Below are positions 25,147 through 38,496 of a stretch of 64,000 bases of DNA, piece by piece; the stretch's first letter is position 1, and every line of letters begins with the position of its first letter. Below the pieces are notes generated by a model. It searched no databases. It saw only the letters and a program-made list of their open reading frames with translations, and was not told the origin of the DNA. This DNA comes from Auanema rhodensis (lineage: Eukaryota > Animalia > Nematoda), in NCBI GenBank assembly GCA_964057225.1, contig OZ059898.1, forward strand, positions 14,508,001 to 14,572,000, in the 5' to 3' direction. The position numbers and the translations under genes are program-made.

Positions 25147-27311
25147 ATGTTGGCCTTTATATTTCTATTGTTAGTGCCTTTGGCTGTTTGCCAACGTCCA
25201 AGCATTATATTAGCTTCTCAAGTTCAAAATCCACCACAAGCATTATTTCAAGTAAATAAAAATAATTTTATTTTTCTTATAATGAATATTGTATGTTTCA
25301 AGGCTCGTGCAACTTCTCAAGATGAACTAGATCCTTGTCAATATATGCTTCAAAACTTGACAAACAGTAAGAGATAGTTACAACTTTATTCGTTTATATA
25401 ACTTATGCGTTAAGTGGATGTTGATAATCTTCAAGCTCATGAGTTTGCTTCTCTTGAGCAATGCTTATACTATTACTTAGCTGGAGAAACAGCTAAAAGA
25501 ATGAAAAGGTAAAAACAATATCTTTAGATATCTTCTAAACAATATTTCAGACTTGGAATTCCACATCCAATCGCTTCAGTTCCACCTAACTATCTCAGCC
25601 GTCACCCAGTCAAAGTGAAGTTCAGCCAGATTACTCTTCAGCATTTCGAGCTTGTAAGAATAATTTCTCAAATTTCATTCTAATATTCCATTTCAGAATG
25701 AATATTTGAAAGATATTGCCATTCATGGATATTTTGAGATTAGCTGGATGGATGACAGACTTGTTTGGAACAGGGTATGTCACACGCTGAAACCTGTTCT
25801 AGTTTATTCAAATGATCTCAAACTTTCTTCAAAAATTGCTTCGTTATGGTTATAATTGAAAATATGTGTTTAGGATCAATGGAAAATGGATAAATTGCAA
25901 ATTCAAAGCTTAAATCATGTGTGGTTCCCAATCTTCACAGCTCAAAAGTGAGTGATTGATTTGAAATAATATAAAAAATTTTCAATCATACTTCCTCATA
26001 TTCAAAGAAACATACTATTTACAGCCAAGAAACACATTTGAAGAATGGAGATGCTTTCGAGATGAGACGAGTTGAAACAACAAATGAAGGAAATGTTTCT
26101 GCTATTGTTGCTTTCTCCCTCAGGTCCGTGAGAACATACTTTAATGCCAATCACATAAGATGATACTCATTACTCCAAAAAACTTCAAATTCAAAATATT
26201 TCAGAACTTTCTGTGATGATTCTGACTTCGAGAACTATCCAGATGATGTCTACAAGTGCTGCTTCAGTCTTGAACCCAGAACTAACCCAGTATAATCATC
26301 ATATTTCAACTTTTCTTTACTCATTTTCTATGATATTTCAGGATATTATGCAATTTGATGAATCTGGATTACCTATCTTCACTGATCCAAAGTATTTCCG
26401 TAACTATGGTTGGAAATTATCTGGAACTGTTCCACAAGCTTTGGACGATCCTGAGCAAGTTGCTCAAGTAAGCTCTTTGTAGTTGATAAGCTTAAAACGT
26501 TTTTCACTTCTTAGATGGGATTCTGTATCAATTTGCAAAGAGCAACATCTTCTATTCGTATTGAGTTAACTGTTCCACTGATGGTTTGCTCATTGCTCTT
26601 CCTTCTAACTCCATTTTTAGGTCAAATCAAGCTTCAAGTATGTTATATCAATCATATGATCGTTTAAAATCTTTTATAATTACAGATTGTTGCCAAATTC
26701 TTCGTTATGGCTTTACAATTCATAACTTTCCTCTTATATAGTAATCGTATTGATACCCACTTAGGTACCGCATCAGCAACTCCACGCTTGTGTAAGATTT
26801 TATTTTTAATTTTTCAAAAACAAAGTTAACTAAACTGAATAATCATCTAATAAAATATCTTTTGTATAATATTAATTTTATAAATTACAGTAAGATTCCT
26901 CGAGTTTTCTGTTCTAATTAATGGAATTTCTATTGCTTCTTCCATCGTTTTATGGTCTCTTTGCAAAATTAGAAGAACACTTCCACCATGGGGACAACTG
27001 ACACAGTATGTTTCTTCTTTTAGAGAAATCTTTCTGATGTTTTTTTGTGAAAATAAAATTCAAAATTAATTTAGACTTTCATCATTGGTCAATCGATTCT
27101 TATGTGTTTTCCAAACTCATACTGAGGATGAAGAAATCGAAAAGGGTGCCGGCAATACCTATCAAAATGTAATTTTATTAAAAAATTTTTTTTATTTTTT
27201 TTATTTAAAAAATTAATTTAGGATTGGATTGCCGCTTTTACAGCCATTCACGCCATTGTCATGTCTCTTATCATCGTAATTTTCATTTTCGCTTGGTTAA
27301 TTATTCTTTAA
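25147..27311 (+). CDS. cup-4: Divergent Cys-loop ligand-gated ion channel subunit, CUP-4-like, about 14 exons
   Basis: Signal peptide MLAFIFLLLVPLAVCQ; DPCQYMLQNLT...ASLEQCLYYYLAGETAKR (recalled as characteristic of the C. elegans CUP-4 group); GYFEISWMDDRLVW; HVWFP; EGNVSA; Cys loop C-DDSDFENYPDDVYK-C; four TM segments (IELTVPLMVCSLLFLLTPFLG, AKFFVMALQFITFLLY, FLEFSVLINGISIASSIVLWSL, DWIAAFTAIHAIVMSLIIVIFIFAWLIIL*). Orthology to cup-4 rather than a close paralogue is not established. Confidence 0.8.
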
Positions 27312-27648
27312 ATAACTTTAAAACTGTACTTATTATTAATTTATTTGTCTAATTCTTCTTCTATTTCTTTAGTTTTTTTACAAATTTAGTGTTTTTTTGT
27401 GAATTCACAAGCATTAAAGTTGTAATTTTAGAAGAAAGCTTGTATAAAACTTCCTCTCTATATGTACATATGTGTATGATTTGACTCAATTAAACCTTTT
27501 TTTCTCAATTTAACTATGGAATTATTAAAATTTATGCCACATATACATGAAAAATCACAAATTTCACAAAGAAAAAACGGAAGAAAATTCAAAAAAAAAA
27601 AGTTTTTTGATGAAAATCAAGAGATACAAGTTGATGAAATAAATTGTT

Positions 27649-29564
27649 TCACTGTGTTCTATTTCTACTTGATTCATTCGAATGAATTTTTTGTCCAAAT
27701 ATGAGATCTCGAACTGTTTTACGTAAAACGTTATTGAAAGTAATAGTAACACTTATATGAACAAAGAATGCACATCCAAAACTAAGTAATGCAAATTGAA
27801 AGAGATCTGAAACAAAATTTTTATTTTTAAAAATTAAAAAAATCAGAAATTACGTTTATTGATGTGAATATAAATAGATAAACATACAGCAAATGGAGCG
27901 ATAAATAATAAGGATAATGTTAGAAAAACCTTAAAAACAAAATTTCTTTTTTCGGTTATAGTTGAGGGTCAAAAGAAAATCTTTGATGTGATAATGATGA
28001 TCTCGTTCACTATGCTATTTCCCGCTCTTTCAATACTATATAAGGGATAACTGGAGGCTTAAGTCATGTTCTTCTACTGTGTGACTACTTTTATAAGTCA
28101 AATTTTTTCTTTTTTCATGAGAATCGGACTTTGATCCATCTCTTCTTTACGAGTTATACTAGTATTATACTAATAATTTGAGGATTTTTCTTTAATAAAG
28201 ATGTTTTACACAACAAAAACTCAATATTTTATTCGCAGTACGCCAAAAACATTACATTTTAAATTTTTTTTTAATAATTTTGTTTACCTGTGCTGATAAT
28301 GTTTTTAAAACTGCTAAATGATATTTAACACTTGAACTTGACATATTTTGCTTTTTTCGAATTTCAAAAACTACATTAAAAAGACAGAAAATGACAATCT
28401 GAAATTGTACAAAAATTAAAAATAGACACATACAATACTGTCTTTCTTGAATTTCTCAAAAACTATTCGAAGAATATTTTTTATTTTTTTTATAAACATT
28501 TTGAACTTATTTTTGTATTATTTTCTTTTTTTATAAATTTGAGAAAAAAATTTTGTGATTTTTTAAAAATTTTGAAATTGTTTTGAATGTCATCAATAAT
28601 TATTGAGATCTTTCTATGTTTCTAATAAGATTATATATGTATATTATGTATTATATACTTATAAAATAATAATATATAATATTATTAGTATTTTTTAATA
28701 TAAATATATCAAAATTATTCTAAAATCTTCAAGTTTAAATGGAAAAATGCTGGTATGTTAGAACTTTGAATTGAGAACTTACGAAAGCAGCGAGAAATAA
28801 TAGAAACAGATAATACAATAGGTACATTAATCCAGAAAGTTGTTGCATTGGAAGATAAACAAAAAATTTCTGGTTCAATATTTCAATATCAGATTCCGTA
28901 AACTATAAAAAATTCAATTTTTAATCGAAAAAATTAACAAAAATCAACATTCAGTGGATGTGTACGTATATCAAAGTCTGATAAGATATTAAGAAATAAT
29001 ACTGGCGATGGAATAGTATAAATTAAAAATAACGTTACGTAAAGTATAGGAAAAGCATGAGGTGTCTGGAAAAAAGAAAGTTTAAGAGAGAATTCTAAAC
29101 CTATACAGATGATACATTGAGTAGATGATTAGGTCCCGATACAATCTGAAGTCGATGAAGGAATGAGATGATGACAAACATGCCAAAAAATCCGAAAAAG
29201 AAGCAGATTGAAGCATATGCTGTATCACATCCTATAAAGGATATGAACTGATGACGTTCACAATATATAAACGAATATCTAAGTTCAGAATAGAACTTCA
29301 ATAAGACGCACCAAATCATGTCAACGATGTAAAGAAGTATCTAATAAAGTTCTAAAAATTATAAATATTTTAAATGAAACATACTAATTGCATATATATA
29401 GAAAATTTGTAATCTCTAGATTCTGGTGTTGGAGGTGATTTTATAAAAATCAAAATAATAAGTATGAAAGCTATTGTATTAGTAATAGCTATAACATCTT
29501 GAAGAATTTGATACGTACGATGATCATCTTTATAGCTCATAATAGGATTTAAATCGTCAGCCAT
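27649..29564 (-). CDS. Serpentine 7TM chemoreceptor, Str superfamily (Srh/Sri/Str-like), 7 exons
   Basis: MADDLNP...TIAFILIILIFIKSPPTPESRDYKFSIYMQL|ILLYIVDMIWCVLLKFY...SFLHRLQIV...|...FEIRKKQNMSSSSVKYHLAVLKTLSAQ|VFLTLSLLFIAP...VTITFNNVLRKTVRDLIF...*. The KSP..YK, F.HR, MS....KYH....K.L..Q and TM7/helix-8 patterns fit the Str superfamily. Confidence 0.8.
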
Positions 29565-30199
29565 TACGATATGATTATATGAATTTATGGCATATTCTAT
29601 AAATAATATATAAAACTATAAAATTAATTAATAAAATTAATATTTTAAAAAGATAACTACAATTAGCAAGAGGAATGAAAGAAAAATGATTGAATAAGAA
29701 ATATTTTTGAGCAAAAAACATACAAATCTGTTGTAGCAGAAATAGGCTAAAACTTTGTTTTTTTTTAATTCAAACATGATGTTCAATTCTTTTCGAAATC
29801 CTGCAACAACTCTTGTTTCGAGATGTAAGATGCCCGATCCGACTGTTTGCTACAAATATTTTAGTTCCGCATATGACATGATGATTACAGGTAGCTAAAA
29901 ACAGTCAAAGTCTTTTGAAGCGAAATAGTTTGGGTTTTCGGTTTTTCAGATCTTCATCTCAATATTCCATTTAAGCGAATATTTTTGATAAGAATAAAAC
30001 AATTTTTATATAATAATGATATCTTGGAAAAATAAAATTTTATGTCAATTAACTGAAGAATTATACTAAAGATACGATATACAAAAATCTAGATAAAATG
30101 AAAACTGATAAGAGAATGAAAATGAAACAATATAACAAAAAATATAAACATAATCCTTTTTTTCAACTCAAGTTTTGATATTAATGAACTTGCAGCATA

Positions 30200-30410
30200 T
30201 TGTCAGAACTTCTTCCGAATGGAAGAATCATAAAAGGAGAATACTATTATCAGAAAAATGCCATTGAAGCTAACCAGAGAAACATCATGTTGTTGCATGG
30301 CAACGAGCTCTGACACTGTTGTATTTTGAAGTAAAACCTATAATATTCTCCAGACCATCATGCTTCTACAGATTCACTTTTCATGGTGTTCAAGAGGGGA
30401 TCACAGAACA
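30200..30410 (+). mobile_element. Highly decayed mariner (DD34D) transposase remnant
   Basis: Colinear frameshifted blocks ELLPNGRIIKGEYYYQ (cf. ELLPPGQTINSEYY), NIMLLHGN (cf. ILLHDNA), YSPDHHASTDSLF (cf. YSPDLAPSDYHLF) and EGI; large internal deletions. Confidence 0.65.
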
Positions 30411-31213
30411 AGATAAGGACCTAATATAAAGATGAATCTGAATAATTCATGTGTAAGATGACATAAAATTTATTCAAAAAATGTATTTATAATTGAATTT
30501 TTAGAATAAAAAGATCAAAATATATGAAGAAAATCTGTTTGTATGCTAAAAATCATGTTATTAATTTAAAAAAAGTTAATTTTTCTATTATAATTCTCTA
30601 TTTTCCAAATAAATTCTCTTAAAACTTTTGTAATAAAAATCTTTTATCATTATTATAATTATATTTATTGATGTAACCCATTTATAGTTTGTATACTATA
30701 TTATATTTATTTAATTTTCAAAAATACCCGCCATTTATCTTAAATATATAAAAGTTTTTCTTCTATATATATGCTCATACTATAAGTTTTATCACTTTTA
30801 AACTTATATTTTACCTCTTAAATCTTTTTTTATCATATTTTTCTTTTATACATCTTGTTCTTGCGATAATTTTATTAAAATTCCCCTCCCCCCTTTCTTC
30901 AATAAAATCTTTTTTTTTTTTTTTTGAAAACAGCCTTTTCTTCAGTTTTCTTCAGTTGTTTTATAGAATTTATTCAAAACTTTGTTGTTTTTTACTTATT
31001 TTTGATTTTATTTTCATTTGTATATAAAATATATAATAAAGGTTTGAGATAGGTGAAATAGATAGGGGTAAGGGGGGAGGTAGGAGATACTGTAAGTGAA
31101 GCATGAAACCAAATAGTTTTCACTATAATTCAAATTCTTAAATTTGATTTTAATGAAAATCATTAAAAACTTTTTATTTAAGCTTAACTAACACCTTTTT
31201 TTACTGATTAGTC

Positions 31214-32843
31214 ATGTCAAGCGAAGAAGAGGTTTGATAATAATTTTTTCATTTTTCTTCTGAAAACTTTTTTTATTTCAGACAATTATTGACCCAATTT
31301 ACGTAGATTTTGATTATACGGTAGCTTCATACGATGAAGTATGTTTGGGAGATATTTCATGAATTAAAGAATTAACTTTCTACTTTTAGCTTTCGGAAAG
31401 ACATAACATTCTTCTTAAAATTTTGCGTGAAAAGGTAACATGAAATTTCAAAAAATTTTTTTTTATTTTTAAAGAAAATATTTGAAATTTTAATTTAAGA
31501 CTAACATTATAACTCTTGAAGATTGCTGGAGAGTATCAAGAGAATTTAACAGTGAACAATTTCATTTTAAGGTTAGTTTTCAGGATATTTATCGATTTGA
31601 TATTAAATATTTCATTTAATAAAACTTTCATTGTTGACAAAATTTATTAAAAATCTTATTTTAAGATGTTGCTAAGGATGGAGCAAATACGTTTACTAGA
31701 CCCCGAAATAATGGCGCAAGAAGGTGTAAGTTTCAACTTCAATTAGCTTTTCAAACAACTTTTTTTGGCTTAAATTTAGTGGAAATTGAAGATTCAAGTT
31801 TTCAAGTTAATTTTTCTGCTTTTATGTTAAAGCTTTTACGTTTTCGCTTTCAGGTATTTAGGATGATACAAGAAATAACAATTTTGGAGAATGAAATCTT
31901 AATTCGGCAAGGGCAAGTAAGTTTTAGGATGAAGTGAGAGTTTTTGAACTTTGGCTTTGACTTCAGTTTCAACCCTTTTTTGTTTTTTAGATGCAAAGAG
32001 TCTTTACTGGCCTCGATCGCTTTTTCGCGATAAATTTGCACAGAGTGAGCTGTCTTTCAAATTTTTACAGTTTAAAGGAAATCAGATCATAATTTCTATT
32101 TTATTTGCAGTATCCTCGAGGATTGGCAATGAGATTTCCCTCAGCACCAAAACGAACTCCTTTGTTTGAAAACTTGGGAACATTGGTTGATGAGTATGAA
32201 TATTATTTCATACTTTCTGGTGATCACTACAAAAAAGAGGAAGTTGAGCCAAAAAATGTTTTCTTTTTCCGGAAATTGACTGGCGTAAGTTTTGAATTTA
32301 GAATCGGTATCCTTGTCAATTTCATATTCTACTTTCAGTGTCAGATTAAGAACTTATTCGAAAAAACTAAAAAGGATATATACCAAGTGTACAATGATTA
32401 CAATAAATTTAGCTTTGAAAAATGCATGAGAGTCTATGTAATTTTATAATTTATTATTGATTAAAATCAATTTTTTTACTTCAGAATAGAAAATATCTGA
32501 AATCAAAGCGTGATTTCAGAAGCATGTCATTCAGAGATATCTATCAAAGCATTGAGTATGCTCGTGCCGTAAGTTTTTTTCGAATTAGTCTAAAATATTA
32601 TTTTCTTCATTACAGGTACTAGTCGCGCTTTTCTGTACTAGACAAAGCTCAGGAGGAGTATTAGTTACCTTCCTTGAAACTGCTGATATAGTTAGTGTAA
32701 CCAGCAAACGTGATTCTTTGATTTTGAGTAGTACGGGCGTGCACGATAAATGTGAAGTTTTCTTGAGAGGTGGCCATCTTTTTGCGAAAGATTTCGCACA
32801 CTTTTTGACCAGAAACTACCATTTGGTAATTGCTTCTGAATAA
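31214..32843 (+). CDS. Unknown-family protein, array member 1 (~315 aa, 11 exons)
   Basis: Continuous spliced ORF MSSEEE|TIIDPIY...|VFRMIQEITILENEILIRQGQ|MQRVFTGLDRFFAINLHR|YPRGLAMRFPS...YYFILSG...NVFFFRKLTG|CQIKNLFEK...Y|NRKYLK...YARA|VLVALFCTR...NYHLVIASE*. All introns GT-AG and phase 0. Confidence 0.8.
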
Positions 32844-33016
32844 CTTTTTTTTTTCAACGGAAGTGATGAACATTTTGAAATTTTTTTCCTGTAATTATAA
32901 AAATTAATTAAACTATTCGATATGTATATTCTGTACTTTTTCTATTTAATGTTTCAAATATATAAACAAGACAATGAAAAAGATACAACAATAATTTAGT
33001 TCCAAAAGGTTAAAAA

Positions 33017-33089
33017 AAACTTTGATGACAGCTAGGGGTCTTCAGGAAATGTTTTTTGACAAACTTTGATGACAGCTAGGGGTCTTCAG
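33017..33089. repeat. Perfect 29-bp direct repeat, two copies
   Basis: AAACTTTGATGACAGCTAGGGGTCTTCAG at 33017-33045 and 33061-33089. Confidence 0.95.
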
Positions 33090-33359
33090 AAATTTTTTAT
33101 TTAATAAAAATTCTTTAAAATATAAAAATTTATTATAAAAGAATATCACAAATAATAAATATAGTAAACGATCAAACGTTTAGAAATTTGTAAATTAAAC
33201 CTAAATTTTTGGATTGACGCCAATAAGCTTCATATATATCGTAATATGGAAATCGTAAATATTGATCAGTCTACTAAAATATTATTTTTTTACAATCTTA
33301 ACTGTTAGATACTATTATTATTTATGAATTATTCCTCTGTCTTTTTAGAAAAGAATAAA

Positions 33360-35332
33360 ATGACTGAAACGATAAAAGTTGAAATTGATGAAATTGAGGT
33401 AAGCTTTTTGTATTTTATGTATATAGTATAAACTTAAGAATGAACTTGAAAAAATACTTTATTTCAGAACTTTCAGTTCTTCAATGATTTTGATAAATTT
33501 AGAAATAGTGTTATTCGAAAAGTAAGTTTAGATTAACACTACTTTCATGGAAACCTTTCTGTTTTAGTTTCGAGTTATGGAAACGCAATTAAATATACTA
33601 CAAATGGCTTCATTCCAAAAAGATAATCAAGTAAGTATTTGTTTGAATTTAAAAAAAAATTGAAGCATGCAGATGATCTAACCTTTCGAGATTATTCACT
33701 GAATTATCTTTTTCAGATTTATGAAAGAGAGACTCGTAACGCTATATTACAAAAACGATTAATCATAAAGGAAGAAGAAGTGAGTTTGAATCTCGAAAAA
33801 TTGTTGAAGTTGAGATTTTTTCGGGAAACTTGAAGCTTTTTCTTGTGTCTCTGTTTTTGTATTATTATTTTTTTTTGTTTTCAGATTCACGAAAAAGACT
33901 CCAGATATTCTATCTTAGAGCATGAATTATTTCAAAAACAAGAAGACGTAGGTTTGAATCTGATATTCAACAGTTTTAGAGATGATTTAGAAATATTAGA
34001 ACATATTCTAATTAAAATCAAATTTTTTTAAACGAACCTTATTTCCAACTTTTTTCAATATTATCTTGAGTTTTATTTTCAGATTAGAGATTTGGAAATT
34101 CAATTAAATACCCTTAAAAGTGAAATAATAGAGAAAACGGAGAAGGTATGCCTTGAGTAGCTTCAAGTACAATTTCAAACTATCTGTCTTTTAGATCAAA
34201 GAATTGGAACAAAAAGAACTAAATGTTGTTGAAGAACCACCAAGCAAGGTTTTAACTATTCTCTATATGTCATTTTATGAAATATTATTTGAGAAACCTA
34301 ATGTAGAAGTTGAAAGTGAAACAAATTTCATCGAATTCGTTGATGAAAATCAGAACAATCTTGAATATGAGGTAATATCTTTGATTACAATTTTTCGTTA
34401 CTCATTTATACTTACAAAAACAAATTTTACTTATTTTGAGTACTTTCTACTTAACTTTTAGTTTTAAAAGCAAGGTTTGAATATCTTTTGTTTCTAGAGA
34501 ACTTTTATAAGGCCTTTGGAGCCTGAAAGACGTTTGGTAGGTACTTTTCAACCGAAACATATAAATCCAGTTTATTTTAGAGACCTAAAAGTTGGTTTGT
34601 AGAGTTTACATCAACATGTGCCATGAGATATGCACGTTTTGAAGAATTGGAAAAGATTTTAGTTGATAACAAAATGTATTTCTTTGGTGTATTTAATAGA
34701 CATAAACACATTACTTTCCCTCAAGATAAGATTATATTTCTGAAAAAGCTTTCTGGTGTGAGTTTCGAGGAAGGCAGTCATCTATTCCAAATTTAATTTC
34801 AGACGCAGATTAAAGAAATATTTAAAAAAGTCATTAAACGAATGGAAGAATTAGTTGGTAACGGTTTAATACGATCACATGCATTCCTTGAGAAATATGT
34901 AAGTTTATGATTTATAACCGTTAAACTTAGATTTTTATTAATTTTAGAATGCCAGATACGCGAATGAGCAAATAGATGATTGGAATGTGGTAATTGATCA
35001 AGGCGATTCGTTTAAGGATCGTCTAGAAAATGAAAGCAGTGTTGTTGGAGTGAGATTTAAACAAGAATTTCATATAGTTATGTCTTTTCTTTTAGCTTTT
35101 AGCCACAATGTTTGGTAAATCAGGAACAAAAGGTCCAGTATTTCTTGTTGAAGACCGTGAAGATGTCTCATTCACTTATGGTTCAGGCTTTTACCGAGAT
35201 AGAGTCACTATTCTGAATAAATTATCTAATGGGGAATTGAGACTTTCTTTCAATTATACTCTTAAACATTCATCTTCCGTTAAAGCATATTTGAAAGAAA
35301 ATTATTTTGATAATAGAGAATTTACATTATGA
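33360..35332 (+). CDS. Unknown-family protein, array member 2 (~375 aa, 12-13 exons), long coiled coil
   Basis: MTETIKVEIDEIE|...four 63-nt exons...|RPKSWFVEFTS...MYFFGVF...KIIFLKKLSG|TQIKEIFKK...Y|NARY...VVG|LLATMFGKS...NREFTL*. The last exon overlaps ORF 35108..35332. Confidence 0.8.
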
Positions 35333-36289
35333 ATATTGTTGAAAAGTGGAATGGTTAGCGTTGTAATTATTTGTTTTTGTTTGCTGTTGATTTTGATAAA
35401 TTTTAGCTTTAAGGTGAATTTTGCTGAATTTAAAACAGAACAGCTTAAGTTATGCAGAAATCATGAATTCAAACTCAAGTGCAAAAGTTTGGTTAACACA
35501 TTTTGTTAGTTTGGAATGTTTGATTTGAAAATTTTCTAAAACTTGGGGAAGAAATATTCTTAATTTTAATTTCGATCTTTTCATATAATTAGAAATTTAC
35601 CGCACATAAAGAAAACAAACTTCTCTCAAAATCATTTAGTTCCTTAGACTTATAACTTCTGTCGATCTTCATTTACTGCCAAGTAATAGAAATTTGAATT
35701 TCGTAACAACAATTGATTTGTAAAACTACACTATTTCAAAACATTTACAAGTAGTAACCATTACAAGCATATATCTATAACTAACACTAATTGCTTCAAC
35801 ATGTTTTAAAAACTTTTCTATTTTCCGTTTACGATAGGAATGTTATTTCCTTGAAAATCTAAAACTTAACCACAAGTAGGAAGGGTACTGTGTTACTTAC
35901 TGTTACTCGGATGCCTACTAGATATTCACTTAATTCGTTTTGTGACAACTTCAAGTTGTAATTACCATATTAAGAATATTTTTTATCATAAAAAAATACT
36001 TTGCCATAGTACTACCGTCTGATTAACAAATGAACTTCAAAAAAAATGATCTTCAGAAAGAACCAATAAGAGAAGATAAATTTGAATTTCGCAAACTTTA
36101 CCTTATATGATAGTAAACTTTACCGAAATAATGCCCTACGTTCAGGCCACGCTGATTGGTTCAAAAATAACTTGAGCTTAACTCCTAATTTATTCATTTT
36201 AATATCCTAATTTCTTTTACACGGTTGCTATTTTTTATTTTGCCAATTTTTAATTTTTTAAGATGTTTTTAACTTTTTTTTTCAGAACC

Positions 36290-37663
36290 ATGTCTGATCG
36301 TATGATAGTTAAAGAGGAATCTGAAACCATTGATGAAGTATGATCGTTAATTATAAGTTCGGTTATACAAAAAGCTTCATTAATTTAAAAATTTTTTTAT
36401 TAATTTTCAATTTTTAGAATTGATAATTAATTTTTATTAATTCTTTAAGTTTTGGATTACAGGCTCGTAAATATTCTGAATCTGAATGGGAATTAGCTAG
36501 CATATTTGAAAGATATAACGAAGTAGGTCTTGATGTATTTCTACTTAAGAAACACTTTTATTCGGATTCTCCGAGTTTATGCTTTAGAACAAAGCTCTCT
36601 AATTATTCTTTAATTCATTATACTTGTATTTAGTTCGAAGATATTGAAGAAGCAGGAGTAAAATATGCTGCTCGGAATTTACGTGAACCTGTGCGTTCAT
36701 TACAACTTACTCTTTTATGAATAAATATTTTAGGAAAGCATGTTCCATGGTTTAGACCCTTATTGCCCAGGAAATGTAAGTTTCATTTTTTTTTCAGAAA
36801 ATCATTATCCTTTTTCAGATTGCTCAAACTTTGTTTGTGAAAATATGCTCAGATCTAAGGCTCAGATCTATACTTATTGAAAATATCACAGACGCTTTAA
36901 TTGATGAAAATGAATATCATTTCATTATACTCGAAGACGACCAGGATGAAGACCTGCTTTCAGAAAAACAAAATCTTCTTTTCTTAAAAAAACTAACGGG
37001 GGTACATCTCGAGTTGAAGAGAAACAACTGTCTATATAAATGTTATTTCCAGAGCGAAATTAAGGATATGTTTGACACAGTGATCTGCTGTGTGAATGAA
37101 TTATACCAACGATTCAATAAACGTGATTTTTACCTTCACGAATATGATTTAAATTGTTTTGAAGTATTTTATGTAAGTTTATATTTAGTATTCTAAGGGT
37201 TGTTACTATATATTCTTTAGAATAGGTTACATCCTACTAACAAAATGAAACTCATTGATCTGTATGCGCACGAATTTCGTAGCATGGAAAACGTACAAGC
37301 TTGTTTGGAGGATCTAAAAAATGCTATTGGAGTGAGCTTTTTTTCAATTATTCTACAACAATATATAATCTTAAACAGTTGCTGACGTGGGTGTTTGGTA
37401 CAAAAAGCCGTGATGTGTCTATGGCTATCCTAGGAGCTAACAACACCGTAGTACCTGTCTATGGTTCTGAATCGGTGTCTTTGAAAAATCTGTTAACAGG
37501 AGATAAAACTGTCATTCTATCCAAACTTTTCTCGTGTTCAGAAATGTTTTCTGATTCTATGAAATTGGAACGCTTTTTAAAAAAGAATTCTCATTATTAC
37601 GAATTAATATTGTCAATTATTGAAATGGGCGATCACATAGAAACTGAAATAATGTATTTATAA
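36290..37663 (+). CDS. Unknown-family protein, array member 3 (~300 aa, 8 exons)
   Basis: MSDRMIVKEESETIDE|...|ESMFHGLDPYCPGN|IAQTLFVKICS...YHFIILE...NLLFLKKLTG|SEIKDMFDT...FY|NRLHP...NAIG|LLTWVFGTK...NSHYYELILSIIEMGDHIETEIMYL*. Confidence 0.8.
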
Positions 37664-38496
37664 GCACTGAATTGGTTTTAGTTTATTTTTGTTAAAAATA
37701 AATATTTTAAAAAAATATATTTAACTTTAAGTTTGTTAATATCAAAGATTATTACTTAGTAAATATTGTTTTGAATGTCTCTTTCTTTTTATTCTTTTTC
37801 TTATTATTTTCTTATTCATACATTCTCTTTATTCAGCTCTTCCTCCCAAGCTGTCAAAATCATTTTGCTTCGTGTTGTCGTGTAGTATTTTTCTTTTAAT
37901 AGGTTATCGACTCATCCCTGTGCTAACAATTAACCTTACTTGTAATCTCAAGTTGTAAGCTCATTTTCTATAAAAGTGATGGTAGCGTCATAATACTTTT
38001 GTTGGACCGTCGGCGACAGTAGGTAAACTGCGGACACGTTCTTCTTACTGACAGTATCAGCCAACTGTCCTCTCCCACATCATTGTTGGAGTTGTACCTC
38101 ATTCTTTTTAGCCGGTAGTATTATGAATAGTGTCTGTCGCTCTAAAGATCTCGGTTTCCGTGTTATTCTCAAACAGTATAGCATTGATTTGAATTCCTTA
38201 TTATAGGATTAATTAATTAATTATTTCCTTATTCCGACCCATTATCACTGATAATTTTCTTTGGCAACAACTGTCCTAAAAACCTCTCTGAAAATCTCTA
38301 TTGCGGTCTTTACACGAAAATCCTGTACGCTAATTTAAATATCTTAACCATCTTTTTTTTTGCTTCTTCCTTTCTCGCACTTTTGGTTAACATAAGTTTT
38401 CTTAAAAACTTTCCCATATATAGATGGTTCATGCTTACAGTATTTATTTGTTTATCATAATATTTTGAATAATTATAAACAATTTTTTTTCTTAGC

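Noticed and set aside
27994-28090. ATGATGA box-C-like motif in a GPCR intron (snoRNA?)
   Set aside because: Antisense to the host gene and no box D (CTGA) at a suitable distance.
29327-29340. ATGTAAAGAAGTAT, a 14-nt match to miR-1
   Set aside because: Lacks the miR-1 5' seed, shows no hairpin, and lies antisense within a GPCR exon.
33017-33089. CRISPR-like repeat-spacer-repeat
   Set aside because: Only two copies, a 15-nt spacer, eukaryotic context and no cas genes.
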